Shown here piece after piece: positions 50,133 to 64,000 of a stretch of DNA of 64,000 nucleotides; position 1 is the first letter of the stretch, and each line of letters begins with the position of its first letter. The stretch covers positions 1,695,486 to 1,759,485 of the forward strand of contig CM119268.1 in assembly GCA_051294375.1 (NCBI GenBank), written 5' to 3'. A program made the position numbers and the translations under genes. The notes under the pieces are model-generated. The model had not been told where the DNA came from and did not search any database. It saw only the letters and a list, made by a program, of their open reading frames with translations. Source of the stretch: Paraspadella gotoi (Eukaryota; Animalia; Chaetognatha).

Positions 50133-50652
50133 TATTAATAAGCTATTATGGCAACAGCTGGGTTGCCTGTGTTGCCCATTGGGATGGAGCATCTCACTGT
50201 TGGCTTTAGGACGGTCTTGCTTTGCCAGTGCAGAGGGAAGTCGTCAGAACGCAACGCATGGGATGGTGCGATCTCGTTCTGAGTCAATGGGATTGGCTGA
50301 ATGAAGCTGGAGGTGAAGCGATGTGATTGGCTGAATGAAGCTGGAGGTGAAACGATGTGATTGGCTGAATGAAGCTGGAGGTGAAGCGATGTGAATATAC
50401 CGCCACACTGTCTGGCCCCGGACTTTGGACAGACTGTGGTGGTTCAAGGACCCCATCACTCTTACAAGATAATGACATAGCAGGTTTTTAATTAAGACTC
50501 TCTTACAGTGTTGTTTATTCATTCCAATAGTACCTGGCTTCCTTATTTATGAAGTGGTATAATGTTTTTAAGAAATGTGTCAATTGTATGAAAGGTCCTC
50601 TCCATTAATTATTAGATCGGGGAACACTGTAACTTAATCCGCACGAGCATCA
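50133..50652 (-). mobile_element. Family-C repeat copy interrupted by the 255-bp element
   Basis: aataagctat|...|ctgtctggccccggactttggac rebuilds the family-C site aataagctatcttgcccctgactttggac. Confidence 0.75.
50147..50407. mobile_element. 255-bp-family element, copy C (internal deletion plus ~34-bp triplication)
   Basis: TATGGCAACAG...ATACCGCCACA ends; flanks CTAT/CTGT (4-bp TSD with 1 mismatch). Confidence 0.8.
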
Positions 50653-52058
50653 TCTTCTTCACCAATCTTCAGTCGTCGTTCAACAATCACCAATCAATCT
50701 TCAGTCGTCAATCAATAATCACCAATCAATCTTCAGTCGTCAATCACCAATCAATCAACAAGCACCGATTGAAACTGAAGGTTTTTTTTCTGGGGGAAAT
50801 CTCGTTTCGAGACCAGAATTTTAGATCTTCATAGAATGAAATTTTTTTCTGGGTTCTGGATTTCGTGCTCAGACTGAGAATTTGATATCTTTTCGATTTT
50901 CTGGTCCCAAGAATCTGAAGGAGACTCACATTTTGTCACTCGAAAGATCCGCGGAATCTGAACGAAAAAAAATCCGGGAGACCAAATTCTGGTTTTTAAC
51001 TCAGATATCAAATAGTACTTGCTAAACTATTCTCGAACCATAATAAAATAAATAAAAATAAATAAATGAAATATATTAAAAACGATTAAAATATGAAAAT
51101 TCGCAGCATATTCTACGGTTGCTGGCATCAAAATTTTGGCAAGATTTGTAAGAATCTGATTCTGGCCCCAAGCTCGTGAGACTTTGAGGCCTGATTGGCA
51201 TTCAACAATGTATTAGCGAACCTTTGAATAAGAAAGGCCCCGGCCGCTGGCCTAAAACATCCTCGCCCCAAATCGGCTGGCCTCAAACTCCACCGCTGAC
51301 CTTTCGTCAGAAAAACCTTGATGTAGAAATTCCTTAGACCTGGATGTCGCAATTTGGAGAACACGTATGCGAGGCGACCTGACCATTTAAGCCACGCCCC
51401 ATGTCCAGCATCCTTATCTTCCCTCAAGGTTTCGAGATCCATTTCCGAAATTGTCATTTGAGGGTTCCATGATTTGATTCACATCTAAAATGTTTAAATT
51501 TGTTTATATTTCGTCTAGTAAAACCTTGCAATATTTTTTATAATGACATCTTCCATTTCATTCGCTGTCCCTTAAAAATATGTCTGTTCTCAATATAATG
51601 ATTTATAATTTCTAATTAATTTCGAATTAATTAATTCTAATTAATTAATTATAATTCATTTCTAATTAAGAAATTTTGGCTCGAAAATTGAATTTCTTTC
51701 TCTCTATTTCTAATTTACGAATGTTTTTGACTCTGGGGACATTTTAACTATAATGAATAAGGAAGCCGTCGAAGAGAATCAATAGGCTGTAGAAATAAAC
51801 GGTAGGTCGGGCTAACAAATAAACGGACGCGCGAATAATAATAATAAATACGTACAAGAAAGTGAAACCGTTTCGGTTGATAAACGTTGGCGGATGGCAC
51901 CCGATGGAAACGGAGCCCGCGCGGCGATGACGATGACGACGACGATGACGACGATGACGATGATGATGGATGCAAAGGAGGGGCGAAGGTGAAACCGACA
52001 ACGCTCCATTAACTTCATTCTTTTTTTTCTCTCTCCTTCCTCTTGTTTCATTTTTTTT

Positions 52059-52396
52059 ATTTGTGCCGCGAGTACTCGCGGAGCAACTCTATAAGTCATT
52101 TTTTTCGGTCGGTCTGTCGGTCTGTCGATCTGGTTAAAAATGGTTATAATTTGCCGATAGTTAGTTGCTCATTTGTTAAGACAGGAAAAAACCTCAAATC
52201 TAAGTGACTGCTCCCGCTGCCTGCAGGAAACCCATAAACGATAAGGAATAACTTCGGAATTCATATATCATAAATACACGGGCTATGAAATTCATTGTAG
52301 TCATATCATACCCAGTCATGCCATGTCATATGATCATAGCCCAAAATTTACGTGATACTGCGGCGCAACACATTTGATGAACCGGTCTTGTTTTAA
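52059..52396 (+). mobile_element. HINE-like element
   Basis: gccgcgagtactcgcggagcaact..., ggtctgtc tract, 3' gcggcgcaac (52360-52369), T-run flanks. Confidence 0.72.
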
Positions 52397-53134
52397 GATA
52401 AATATACTTCGTCTTTTATTTTATTCACTTTTTTTTCTTATTCTTTTTTGGCAGTCGTCTACTGGAATGAGAGAGCAAGGCAGTTGCTGTGTGTGACGGG
52501 ATTGCTGTTGTTGTTATTGTTGTTTGTTTTTCTTTTTATTCATTCACATTTTCTTTCCTTTTTTTTTTGATGTTTGACTCTCGTGACATCGAAGTTCGTT
52601 CGACTGACAACAGATTCGAGTCCTGAAGATTCTTATCTCTCTGCGCCGGCTTTTCTCTTTTCTTCTTCTTCTCTTTTCTTTTCTTTTTCTCTTTTCTTTT
52701 CTTTTCTTTTCTTTTCTTTTCTTTTCTTTTCTTTTCTTTTCTTTTCTTTTCTTTTCTTCTCTTCTCTTCTCTTCTCTTCTCTTCTTTTCTAAACGTTTGG
52801 TAGACACTGAGTTTCCTCTGACCACCCGCTTGCAACACCAACAAAAAGAAATATCAATTCTTGCTACTAATTTTTTTTCTTTTTTTCTTTTTTTCCTTTT
52901 GACTGAATTGAGTGAGAGAGAAAAGTTTTACGGTGAACGTTTTTGAAAACGATTCTTCCTTTACTTTTATTGATTATTATTTAATGACGCATTAATCTTA
53001 TTTAAATTTCAAGTATCTTAAAGTCAAAAATGCCTTATTATTCGTAATACTTGGCTCCTTCACCGGTGAGATTTTTTTTTCTTGGACTCGTTTCAACTTT
53101 CGCTCGATTTTCCTCCCTACCTTTAAGAATCTTC

Positions 53135-53261
<127 letters not shown>

Positions 53262-53555
53262 ATTTCTCATTCTCTCCCGCTCTCTTTCCTATTTCTTTTC
53301 CGTTTCAGAACTTGATCTTCTTTTTTTTATTCTTTATTTTCTCTTTCCAATTTTTCTCCTTCAAAATTATTTTCTCTTTATTTCTATATTCTCCTTCTTT
53401 CTCCTTTCCCATATTTATATATATTTGTATATTTCTTCCCCCTCCACCCCTCCACCCCCCCACTTCTGGGCTTAAATCCTACCCTCACTCTCAAATGAAC
53501 CTTCTTTCCCCTTGCTCTTCTCCCTTTATCTCAGCCACCTTCCCTGTTTTTCTCA

Positions 53556-53613
<58 letters not shown>

Positions 53614-54074
53614 TCTTCTCGACCATCCTTCTATCCTTCGTCTCAATCTTTCCCTCCCTTACCTCGACCCCCCCCCCGCCGTCCCCAATGGTCGGTCGGT
53701 CGGTCTCGCTATTCACGAGTCGAGGGTGAATCTTGTGAGACCTGAGGGGGGGTGAAGGCTGGTCGGGAATTGAATTGAACATAGTGAAGAGGTTGGCCAT
53801 GTGATGGATCCTGTGTAAGTTTCATAAATGAAATTGAATTTTGGGTCACGTGATCGCTTTTTCGGGTGATCACGTGACTTTACAAGTCTGATACATATGC
53901 GGATTAAAGGTCATATGGTAACTCAGTATCGTACCAAATATGAACTAGATTGATGAAGTATTAACGTAAGTGGGAAGGATAGATGGACAGACCGACTGAC
54001 GGACCGACCACCAACTGAAAACGAGGATAGAAAAGAAAGAATATGAAAAGAAGAGAAGAAAAGAAGAGAAAAGA

Positions 54075-54500
54075 AGAGTGGGCAGAAGTGGGGAGAAGTG
54101 GGCTGAAGTGGCAAGAAGTGGGGAGAAATGGGGAGAAGTGGGCAGAAGTGGGCAGAAGTGGACAGAAGTGGACAGAAGTGGGGAGAAGTGGGGAGAAACT
54201 GGGCATAAGTGGACAGAAGTGGGCATAAGTAGACAAAGTGGGCAGAAGTGGAACAGAAGTGGGGAGAAGTGGGCATATAAGTGGACAGAAGTGGGGAGAA
54301 GTAGGGAGAAATATGGGCATAAGTGGACAGAAGTGGGGGGAAGTTGGGAAGAAATGGACAGAAGTGGGGGAGAAATGGGGAGAAATGGGCAGAAGTGGGC
54401 ATAAGTGCGAAGGCAGAAAGTGGGGAGAAGAAAGGACAGAAGTGGGGAGAAATGGGGAGGAATGGACAGAAGTGGGGAGAAATGGGGAGAAATGGACAGG
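54075..54500. repeat. 10-bp satellite (gggcagaagt / ggggagaagt / ggacagaagt)
   Basis: About 40 degenerate decamers; explains ORFs 53923-54825. Confidence 0.92.
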
Positions 54501-55509
54501 GTTTGACTAGGAGCGAAGGAAGACGGAGAAATGAAAGAATTAAAAGGAAAAGAGAATCAAGATGAAATATTATAAATATTATAAATATTATAAAAATTAT
54601 AAATATTATAAAACTAATGAAAAACTGAGAAGACCTAAAGATTAAAAAAATAAAAAAAATATTGGAATGAAATAAGAAAATAATAAAATGATAACCTAGC
54701 AAAAGAGAAATTTGCGATAAGAAGAAAAAAAAATAAAACAAAATTACTAGAAGATAAAAGAGGAGAAAGCGCGTATTAGGAAAAAGCTGATTATTATTTC
54801 TTAAATATGTTATATTTCGTATCACAGGCCGAACTCATGTTAAAATAAGTTTAAATAATATTTCGAGCGTTTATTTAATATTTAAACTTTGCTTCAGTGA
54901 CGTAAACTGGAAAATAGACGAAACTTGAAAGAAAAAGACAATGACGAATGACAATCGAGACAATTGCATTATCCACGACGATGACAATGACGACGACGAC
55001 GACGACGACGACGACAATTTTCTATGCGGTGGCTAAAAATATTTTACGCAGAAACAAAAAAAAAGGAGACAAAAAAAATATGGAGAAAAGAGAATTGATA
55101 AAAGGTCTCGGCGCCTGAGCCGATTGGGAAAGTCTCGTCGCCCGAGCCGATTTGGAAAGTCTCGTCGCCTGAGCCGATTGGCTAAAGTTAGCGTTGATTG
55201 ATAGGAAAGATGGCGTTTAGGTTCACAGTGAGAGGGCGATGTCGCAGGGGTGGACGCATGTACGTCAGTCGCTGCTATGACATATTTTTTATGCGTATGA
55301 TGGAGACAATTCTCTGAAGAACATCGTCTAATTCACCTCTAACACGTACGTGACAATTCATTTTTCGTAAAATTAAGATATGAAAGGTTTCACTGAGTCG
55401 CTTGCGACACTACGTAAACATTGCATACAATATAGATATACATAGGTAGAGTAAACATATTTTGCGCAATGTGAAGGAGAAGAAATAGTGAAAATATAGA
55501 AACATAAAA

Positions 55510-55740
55510 GAAAACAAGAACGGTAATTCCAATGTGTGACTTTATTTTCACGTGTATTTTCCTTTGAATGACATGATATGACTTGACATGACATGACTAA
55601 AAAACTTTTTTGCCCGTGTATTTATGACATGCACTGCATCAAAATATCGTCTTTTATTCTTCATAGTTTTAGGAATTCCCTAAGATGGACAGACCGACCG
55701 AAAAGTGACTTATAGAGTTTCTCCGCGAGTCCTCGCGAAG
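55510..55740 (-). mobile_element. HINE-like element, reverse orientation
   Basis: ccgaccgaaaagtgacttatagagtttctccgcgagtcctcgcg is the reverse complement of the family 5' end; gacatgacatgac tract present. Confidence 0.7.
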
Positions 55741-55819
55741 AAAGAAAATACAATGAAGAGGAAGATCAACGGGAAATGAAAATCTCCAATGGGGAAGATT
55801 AAAACCGATGGCTTCTATT

Positions 55820-55997
55820 CTGCTGATGATAGTGATGATGATGTTGAAGATGATGATGATGATGAAGATGATGTTGAAGATGATGATAGTAATGATGATG
55901 TTGAAGATAATGATGGTGATGATGAAGATGATGATGATGATGATGCTGATGATGATGATGAAGATTATGATAATGATGTTAAAGATGATGATGATGT
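55820..55997. repeat. (GAT)n degenerate microsatellite
   Basis: Visible; explains the poly-D / poly-M / poly-I ORFs. Confidence 0.9.
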
Positions 55998-56156
55998 TTT
56001 TACAACTGGCTGCTTTGTGTTTAGTGAAGTGTGCATTGTGCTCTGTGCGGACGAATTGAGTCATCAGTATAAATTAAGTGTCCTCGTAGGAAATAGAAAT
56101 TATTGGCGTAATAACTCCCTCCGCCCTCACCCCAACTTTCTTGCGTCCCTTTGCAG

Positions 56157-56418
56157 TCAACGCCCCTTTGAAGCAATCCTCCTTCAGCGGGCTTCTTCCG
56201 CCCTACACTCAATCGGGAGGCCCTGGCCTTCAGCCCGGCCCCGTGCCGCTCGGGGCCTCGCATCCGGGACCACTTCCTGGCGGGCTACCGTTGGGGGCTT
56301 CTCATCCCGGCGTTCTGCCACTGGGGGTGGGCCAGCCGGGCGGACTGCCCCTCGGGGCCATGCAGCCCGGATCTCGGTTTAGCGGAGATTTCGGAATGGA
56401 CGGCTTCACGTATGGAAG
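56157..56418 (+). CDS. Probable RhoGAP gene exon (Pro/Gly-rich LPLGASHPG repeats)
   Basis: ccctttgcag|TC AAC GCC...GGA AG|gtgaat; the phase-1 start fits the 41492 donor. Confidence 0.7.
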
Positions 56419-56662
56419 GTGAATTTCGCGTTGTAGAAGATTTAATTTAATGTAAACTTGCATTAAATAAATAGTCAATAAACAAGTTAATGAACGTTTT
56501 AAAAATGTATTAGAAAATTCGCGATTAACCGAAAAAAATCGTTGGATTAAAAAAAAAAACAAACCAATAATAAAAAAAAAACTTTCTTTTCTGTTTTCTG
56601 TTTTTAAACGGTTTGCCTCGAATTTTTGTTTTTTCGATTAACCATCAATTATTCTCGATCAG

Positions 56663-56712
56663 GTCCGGGCTGCCGTCCTCGCATCTGCATTCCATCTCTC
56701 CCATTTCCGCAG
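56663..56712 (+). CDS. 50-nt exon (RSGLPSSHLHSISPISA)
   Basis: ctcgatcag|G TCC...GCA G|gtaaaa; phases 2-1 bridge the flanking exons exactly. Confidence 0.65.
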
Positions 56713-57709
56713 GTAAAAAAAAAAACGTCGCCAGGAAGTTAAAACCGAAAATAATAACGAAAATAAAAAAAAGTTGAGGGAATAAACAGAAAATAAATTG
56801 GATAAGCGCGAAACCAGGAAGCCTTGAAGGGGCAACCAATTATGGGTTATAGAATTTCGATTTTTTCTTTTCTTTTTTTTTTTCTTTTTTTGCCTCCAGC
56901 CTTTTTTTTCTTCTCTAATTTCCTTCTTTGACGTCTTTTTTCATTCGCTTGATTGTGAGTTTCGTAAATTGGCGAAAAAACCAAGAGATTTTTTTAAGTT
57001 TAATTTTTGTGTTATTCCAACTGGTATATATAATAATGATTTCACACACAATTTTGTAAATCGGTATGTACGCTTTCTTGTAATGGCTTTCCGATTTTGC
57101 ATTAGATTCAGTAACTTGATATTTTATTATCAGTGTTTTTATTATTAATTACATAACACATATGGACGAAAATACAAACTGATTCCGCCTTAAATTACGC
57201 AACCAAAGAAACCCATTTTTTGGGGGGGAAGAGGAGGATTAAGGGGGGGGTGATATGGCCGACTGAATTCTGGCAATCAAATCCATTTTGTTCAAATTCA
57301 TTTTTTGTTCTTTAACGAACTAAAAAGGCTCAACTCTATAAAAAAAATTAAAATAAAAACGTAAAAAGTTTTCATTAAAAAAAAAAATAATTAAAAAACC
57401 AAAAAAAATGAAATCCTCGCGGAGTGGCGGCGGAAAACAATTATGGAATGAATTTAATCAGAATCCTGATGAACTGAAAAAAATAAAATGGGAAGAAAAA
57501 AAAAGAATAGGGCGATGGCCACTGAGAGAGAAATCGGCTGAGTTCGTGTCTGTGTTGGCTGTGGTGCGCAATGGTGGGAAATTATGTGGATGGGCAATTG
57601 GATGGAGGAAAGATAGAGAGAGAAAGAGAGAGAGAGAGACATACAGGAAAAAATTCCAAAAGGAAAGATAGGAAACGAGAAAAAAGAAAAGGAATAAGGA
57701 AAGAAAGAA

Positions 57710-58075
57710 GTATCTAAATAAAGGACAGGAGCTCAGAACAAAAGGGCAAGGGACTAAATAAAGGAAAGGAGCTAAGAAAAAAATGGGAAGGGACTAAATA
57801 AAGGAAAGTAGCTCAGAAAAAAAAAGGAGGGGTCTAAATAAAGAAAAGGAGCTAAGGAAAAAAAAAGGGGAAGGGACTAAATAAAGGAAGGTAGCTCAGA
57901 AAAAAAGGGAAGGGTCTAAATAAAGGAAAGGAGCTAAGGAAAAAAATGGGAAGGGACTAATTATAGGAAAGGAGCTAAGGAAAAAAAAGGGAAGGGACTA
58001 AATAAAGGAAAGGAGCTAAGAAAAAAAAGGAAGGGACTAAATAAAGGAAAGGAGCTAAGAAAAAAAAGGGAAGGA
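57710..58075. repeat. ~40-bp tandem repeat (gggaagggactaaataaaggaaaggagctaagaaaaaaa)
   Basis: About 9 copies visible. Confidence 0.9.
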
Positions 58076-58149
58076 CGTGGACTTGATTCGGTTCGAGATT
58101 TGACGGTTTTTAAATTCCGATCGAAGCTTTTTTTTGGCTCGAAAATTGA

Positions 58150-59089
<940 letters not shown>

Positions 59090-59273
59090 GTGAGAGGCTT
59101 TTGTGAAAGGAGATTGACCCTTTGTTTGTTTGGTTTTTTAATTTCTTTTATTACTATTTTTTGCTTTCATTTATAAGTTTATTGAAATAAAAATCTTTAT
59201 CCTTAATGCATCGTGTAAAATAGTAAATATTATTGACTTATTTCTTTGTTATTTTTTTTTTTTTTCAATGCAG

Positions 59274-59397
59274 CTCCTCTAACGCTCCTAGCGGCAACTC
59301 GCAGAACCTAAGTCCTCCTCCTCCGATAACAACAATAACAACTATTGACGCGGAAGGCAATGTTTTTAATTCGGTCACGGAAGAAACTCACCTGTAG
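59274..59397 (+). CDS. Candidate terminal exon 2, ending in class-I PDZ ligand ...EETHL*
   Basis: T-rich tract tcaatgcag|C TCC TCT AAC...GAA ACT CAC CTG TAG; the phase-2 join is open. Confidence 0.7.
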
Positions 59398-59425
59398 GAG
59401 GAAGAAAAATTATTTGGGGAGGAGA

Positions 59426-59511
<86 letters not shown>

Positions 59512-60720
59512 AGAGAGAGAATAAAAGAAAAACTTCTGTGATTACAAAACATTATCAAGAGTCCATTTACTTATATTCTCTCGTTTCAACCGTTTAAAAC
59601 TTTCCAATCGTAGATTAATAAATTAATAAAAATGGGCAGAGATCGAAGAGAGATTTAACAGTTGAATTATACTAACCTCGAACAACGTACTATTATAGTA
59701 GCCGGTCTGCCGGAAATTGTATTAGTAAAAACCCCAGCCTTTTCCCTCCTTATAATTGATGGGTACGTATTTTAAGTATTTTGAGTCGGCGGACATTTCG
59801 ATACTTTGTTGTTATCGCGAAAAAAGGTTTGACGTGGACAATTGGACAATGAATTAAAACTCGACGAAACGATAACACGATTCATGATTTGTTTTTTTTT
59901 TGTTTTTTTGTTTTTTAAATAACGAAGAAAATGAATTGTTTGTAATCAACCCTAAACTTTTTATTTCATTTTTTTTTCTTTGTTGTATTCAGTATTTGGT
60001 TTCGTCTGGTTAGGAATGTGATGCTAAAATCCTTTTTAATATGCATTTCTTCTTTCGTTGGGCATAAATCTTTTTTCTCTCGAAGATGTCATATTGTGTC
60101 TGTTATTTTTGCCTGACAGAAACATGTACCTAAAAAGAATACCGTGTACATTAATGTTTAGCTTTATAATTAATTAACAGAATAGTGGGTAAAACTATTT
60201 TCTTTTTTTTTATGGCGCAATGATATCTATTTAAATGGAAAAAAACAGAATAGAATTCAGAGAGTCTTCTTTAATCTTTCCACAATTTCTTGTACTCAGT
60301 GTACACACTGTACACAGTACAGGGGAGTCCACGTTAAGTCGAGTCTAAAAGCTTTCGGTGTGATATCTCTCCATTCCCCCCCCGTCCGTTTTCTCAATTT
60401 TCTTGCCAGCGAATTAAAATTTTAACCTCACCCCCCCCCCGTCTCTTTAATGGATTTACGAGTTTACAATTTTATTTGGTTGCAAAAAAAAAAATATATT
60501 ACTTTACTATTTAGTTTCTGAAACAAAACCCAAAATTTAAAAATTAATTTTCATACGAGTGGCCTTCATGTAAAAGTTATACGTGGGAAAGAGGAGTCAC
60601 ACACTTACACACGAAACGAAACAAAAGCATGCGCTCATTTTTTTAAGCATGTTCAATCAATCATTCAATCACTTGGAATGAAGTGCTATCTCCACAAGTC
60701 ACTATTAAGCCTCGGTTCCC

Positions 60721-60734
60721 GTTGTTATGGCAAC
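60721..60734. promoter_or_regulatory. Possible RFX X-box (GTTGTTATGGCAAC)
   Basis: Near-palindromic match to GTTGCCATGGCAAC in intergenic DNA; motif match only. Confidence 0.25.
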
Positions 60735-62334
60735 CAAAAAAAAATCGTGCGAAATCTCATTTACTTCTTTTCGGCCTTTTATTTTTGTTTACATATTACG
60801 CTAATTGATCGCGTTAGGCAGCTCCTTTTTTTTTTTTTTTAAATCACTTAGTTTTAAATTTTAATAACATTCCATTTTTGCTTAAAAAATTCCTTGAATA
60901 TGGGAATTTAATTTAGTTTGGAGATATTTCATCGGACATCATTGTTTAAGAGGCTTCCATCGAGCATTTCCCAATTGTTTATTAAACGTCGCTATAATTA
61001 GAATAAGAATAGTTTAACTTTATCCGTTGTTTGTGCACATTGACTATGAAACAAAACTTTTATCAAAGTGCTTTCGACGGAGCTTCTCAAGAATGTCGTT
61101 AATTTCTAAAATGTCGATTTCGAAGAAAAAAAATTATGAATGTGTGCATTCCCACAAAAAAAATGACCTCAGCTTGCTGTTACTTGTAATAATTGTCACT
61201 TCCGACTAAAAGATGTTAAAATATAACAAGTTGTTTCCCTGAACTCGTACTCTTTTAGTTAAAAAGTTTTTTGACTAGATAGCGTCAAATTATAATTTTG
61301 TCGAGTGGAGTTTAATTTAAATTAAAAATAAATTAAAGAGACCAATGTTTCACTGGACAAAATTATTCCAGTCTTGATCTCGCGGTCAAATCGCAGATAC
61401 ATTCAAATAACGTCATATCATAAACTGCATATCAGTAGCCACACGTCCGAATGAAGCTTGTCTAGAAAGCTAACTGGATCAAGTTTTACCCGGATATTAT
61501 TGCACTTTTCTTTTCATAGTAGGTAAAAGAAAATCGAAATATACCATTTCTGGAATGATGAAAACCTGAAAAGAGCTTAGGTTAAGTCAAAAAAAATTTC
61601 AAACTCAGTTTTTTTGTTTGTTTTTTTAATTGCAGTTGTAGTTGGTAAGTTAATTTTTGAGAAAATCTGATAACATTTGTACTAATTTTCCAAAATATAG
61701 ACTATCTATTTGTATTGATTTCTGAGAAATTCGTGCTTCTTTTCTAGTTTTACAGATTCATGCCACAAAATAAAAAATTGATTTATCGATCCGTGCCATT
61801 GCCCAATGCCCATTGTTATTCTTTGTTTTCTCGTTAACCGTAATAAAGCGGCGATCAAACTCGATTCCGGGGATTTTTGCTCTTTTTTTTTTGCTCTTTT
61901 TTTTTCCAAAAATCAATTTAAAAAAAAAATTATAAAGGACGCGAAACCTACACAAGAGTCGCGGCCTAGTCATTTTCAACTAGTAAGGTACTATCTACTA
62001 TAATTTAGTACGATAGATATAAGAATATTTATTTTTAACATAAATAATTGTAAAAAGAACTAAATACAAAGAGACCCACTACCGCGCTTGACCAATTGAA
62101 CAATAATCGATTTTTTTTTTTCAAAAACAATAACCATCGATATTTTTTATTTCAATCATATTATTATTAACAAATAAAAAGAATTTTTTTTTTATTCGAA
62201 ACAACGAGAAGCGCCTGTGACGCGACGACTCTCCCGATTGTCATGAAATCAAAATGAAATGAAAATTGTTCGCTGAAAGTTTTTAAAAGGTTTCGTTTAT
62301 TTCCAGATTTTACCAGAGCCCAAATTTGGTCGCC

Positions 62335-63973
62335 ATGTCAAAGCGATTGTATTTACTCGTTTTGTTTTCTTGGTAAATATCAAGAACTTCAATAAATGAC
62401 TTTTATATCGATAAATTCATTAATTTTTTTTATTATTTCAGGGCGCAGTTTTCCATTGGAATTAATCAGTATTACTTTAATTGTCATGGATCGGCTGAGA
62501 AACTACCCAAGTTCCCTCCTGAAGAAGGTAGTAAAAAACTATGGTTTAGCGATAATCCTTAATAACTGAAATGATTCGAATTATTTTTCAGAAACTGATC
62601 TAACTAAATCTGACATGATGATATTAGCTGGAAGTCATCTATACGGTAATACCATAACTGATGCGGTTCAACACAGAGTTACGTATTTAAATTTACACAA
62701 ATTTACACAACTTTTTAGGAAAGCTCACATCATTAATGTCGCAGCAAGGTAAGCATATTCTTCCGAAAAAGTGACGAGTCATCAAAAACCGTTGTTTCTT
62801 GAAAAAAAATCTAATAAGTTTAGTAGTATACAATATATACGTATTATTTACAGTATAAACTGAGACTTGAAGATTTTTTTTGTTTATTTCATTGTCTTCA
62901 GGATCAGGGAGCTCCTCAGATTCTGGCGGATCTTCGGGATCTGATGGAACGGCTGCGTCTTCGAAGTCCACCGAATCTCCAGCAGCTGCAGCAACTGGAG
63001 CTTCAGACGGGGAGCCTCTATCTCCCGCAACTGCAGCATCGGCAGAATCCGGAGGATCCGGAAAATCAGGAGCGTGCAAGAAGATGAAAGATAAGGCGGA
63101 TGATAACGTTGAGCGTAAGCGTTACAAAGAATTCGAATCCAGCTGCTACTTATTCTATGGAAATTCCCATCTAAAACACGATGAGAAAGATTCTAAAGCC
63201 CAAAAATACTGCGAGGTAATACGGTAATACTAATTATACTGATATTTTGTTTTGTTTTTAATTTTAATTTTTTTTATAAATAAATGTATAGTATTGTAGT
63301 ATAGTAGTATAGTAGTAGTAGTAGAAGTAGTAGTAGTAGTATAGTAGATAGTAATTGTATACTTAAACCACATTCCCACAGATTTCTTTTTCCAAATCTT
63401 ATGTTGTTTGTTGAATTTAAGTACGTACGTATTTTCTTTGCTGAGTTCGTTGCTACTATAGAGGAAAAAAATGTAGTGCACATAATGTTAATCTATAACT
63501 AATATTTAACTATATTCACATATGTGACGGATCTCTTTCACACCAAGTTCTACAACTAAATACGTACCTCATTGTACCAGTAGCAACGATAAATGTTAGA
63601 AAAGAACCCAAATATTTGCCCGTACTGGTTTTTCTCCTCCAATCAGGATCTGGACGCGAATTTGGTCGCCATAGAGACGTCGGCGGAGAACGACTTTCTG
63701 GTCCGAACCATCGACGTCACAGACGCGGACATCAAAGACAAGAATAACTACTGGGCACTTGGCGGTTGGCAGGAGGGCAAGGACGAGTCGTTGAGACGTT
63801 GGTGGATCGCCACCGGCGTCGACATCTCGTGGGCCGATTGGGCGGACGACCTGGACGAGCCCGTTGGGGACGCGAACCTCGTCATGGCCACGGAAGAGCG
63901 GAACCGAGAATGGGACATCACCAAGAAAGGGGACAAGGTCAAGAATTTCATTTGCGAAGCTGCTTTGACGTAG
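62335..63973 (+). CDS. Secreted C-type lectin-domain protein with Ser/Gly/Ala-rich linker; 6 coding exons: 62335-62372, 62442-62527, 62592-62645, 62719-62748, 62902-63215, 63647-63973
   Basis: All joins are GT-AG and phase-consistent. Signal peptide-like MSKRLYLLVLFSWAQFSIG; CTLD motifs FESSCYLF, AQKYCEDLDANLVAIETSAENDFL, YWALGG, ISWADW, FICE. Confidence 0.85.
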
Positions 63974-64000
63974 GGATGGACTGGGATGGTGGATTGGGGG

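Noticed and set aside
53923-54825. 300-aa ORF with PTSPHFC repeats resembling an RNA polymerase II CTD
   Set aside because: Translation of a 10-bp satellite (period not a multiple of 3; open in several frames).
62592-62748. Single 157-nt lectin exon without the 62646-62718 intron
   Set aside because: It is open but ends in phase 2, which does not fit the phase-1 acceptor at 62902; the two-exon model keeps the frame.

Overview
Repeat-rich eukaryotic (probably invertebrate animal) scaffold window with N gaps and signs of error-prone gap filling. Most entries in the ORF track are microsatellite artefacts. Three spliced genes can be rebuilt by hand with phase-consistent GT-AG introns. (1) A minus-strand gene of unknown function, rich in N-glycosylation sequons (4261-6171, 5' end not found). 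(2) The 3' part of an ARHGAP17/44 (RICH/Nadrin)-like RhoGAP on the plus strand (37688-59397), with two candidate alternative C-termini, ...EDCV and ...EETHL. (3) A secreted, non-canonical C-type lectin-domain protein (62335-63973). Mobile DNA includes a near-full-length degenerate Jockey/I-group LINE (about 26.5-31.3 kb) and an internal fragment of it, a Tc1 transposase remnant, a tRNA-Gly-derived SINE, a Helentron/DINE-1-like non-autonomous family, a hairpin-rich 255-bp element with 4-bp target-site duplications, an unclassified ~300-bp dispersed repeat and many minisatellites. About 5.2 kb (10855-16060) is repeated at 17292-22458 and may be an assembly artefact. I found no convincing wholly new system. 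The best leads are the RhoGAP C-terminal switch, the small structured mobile elements and the atypical lectin. Family assignments come from motif recognition only; no database search was run.
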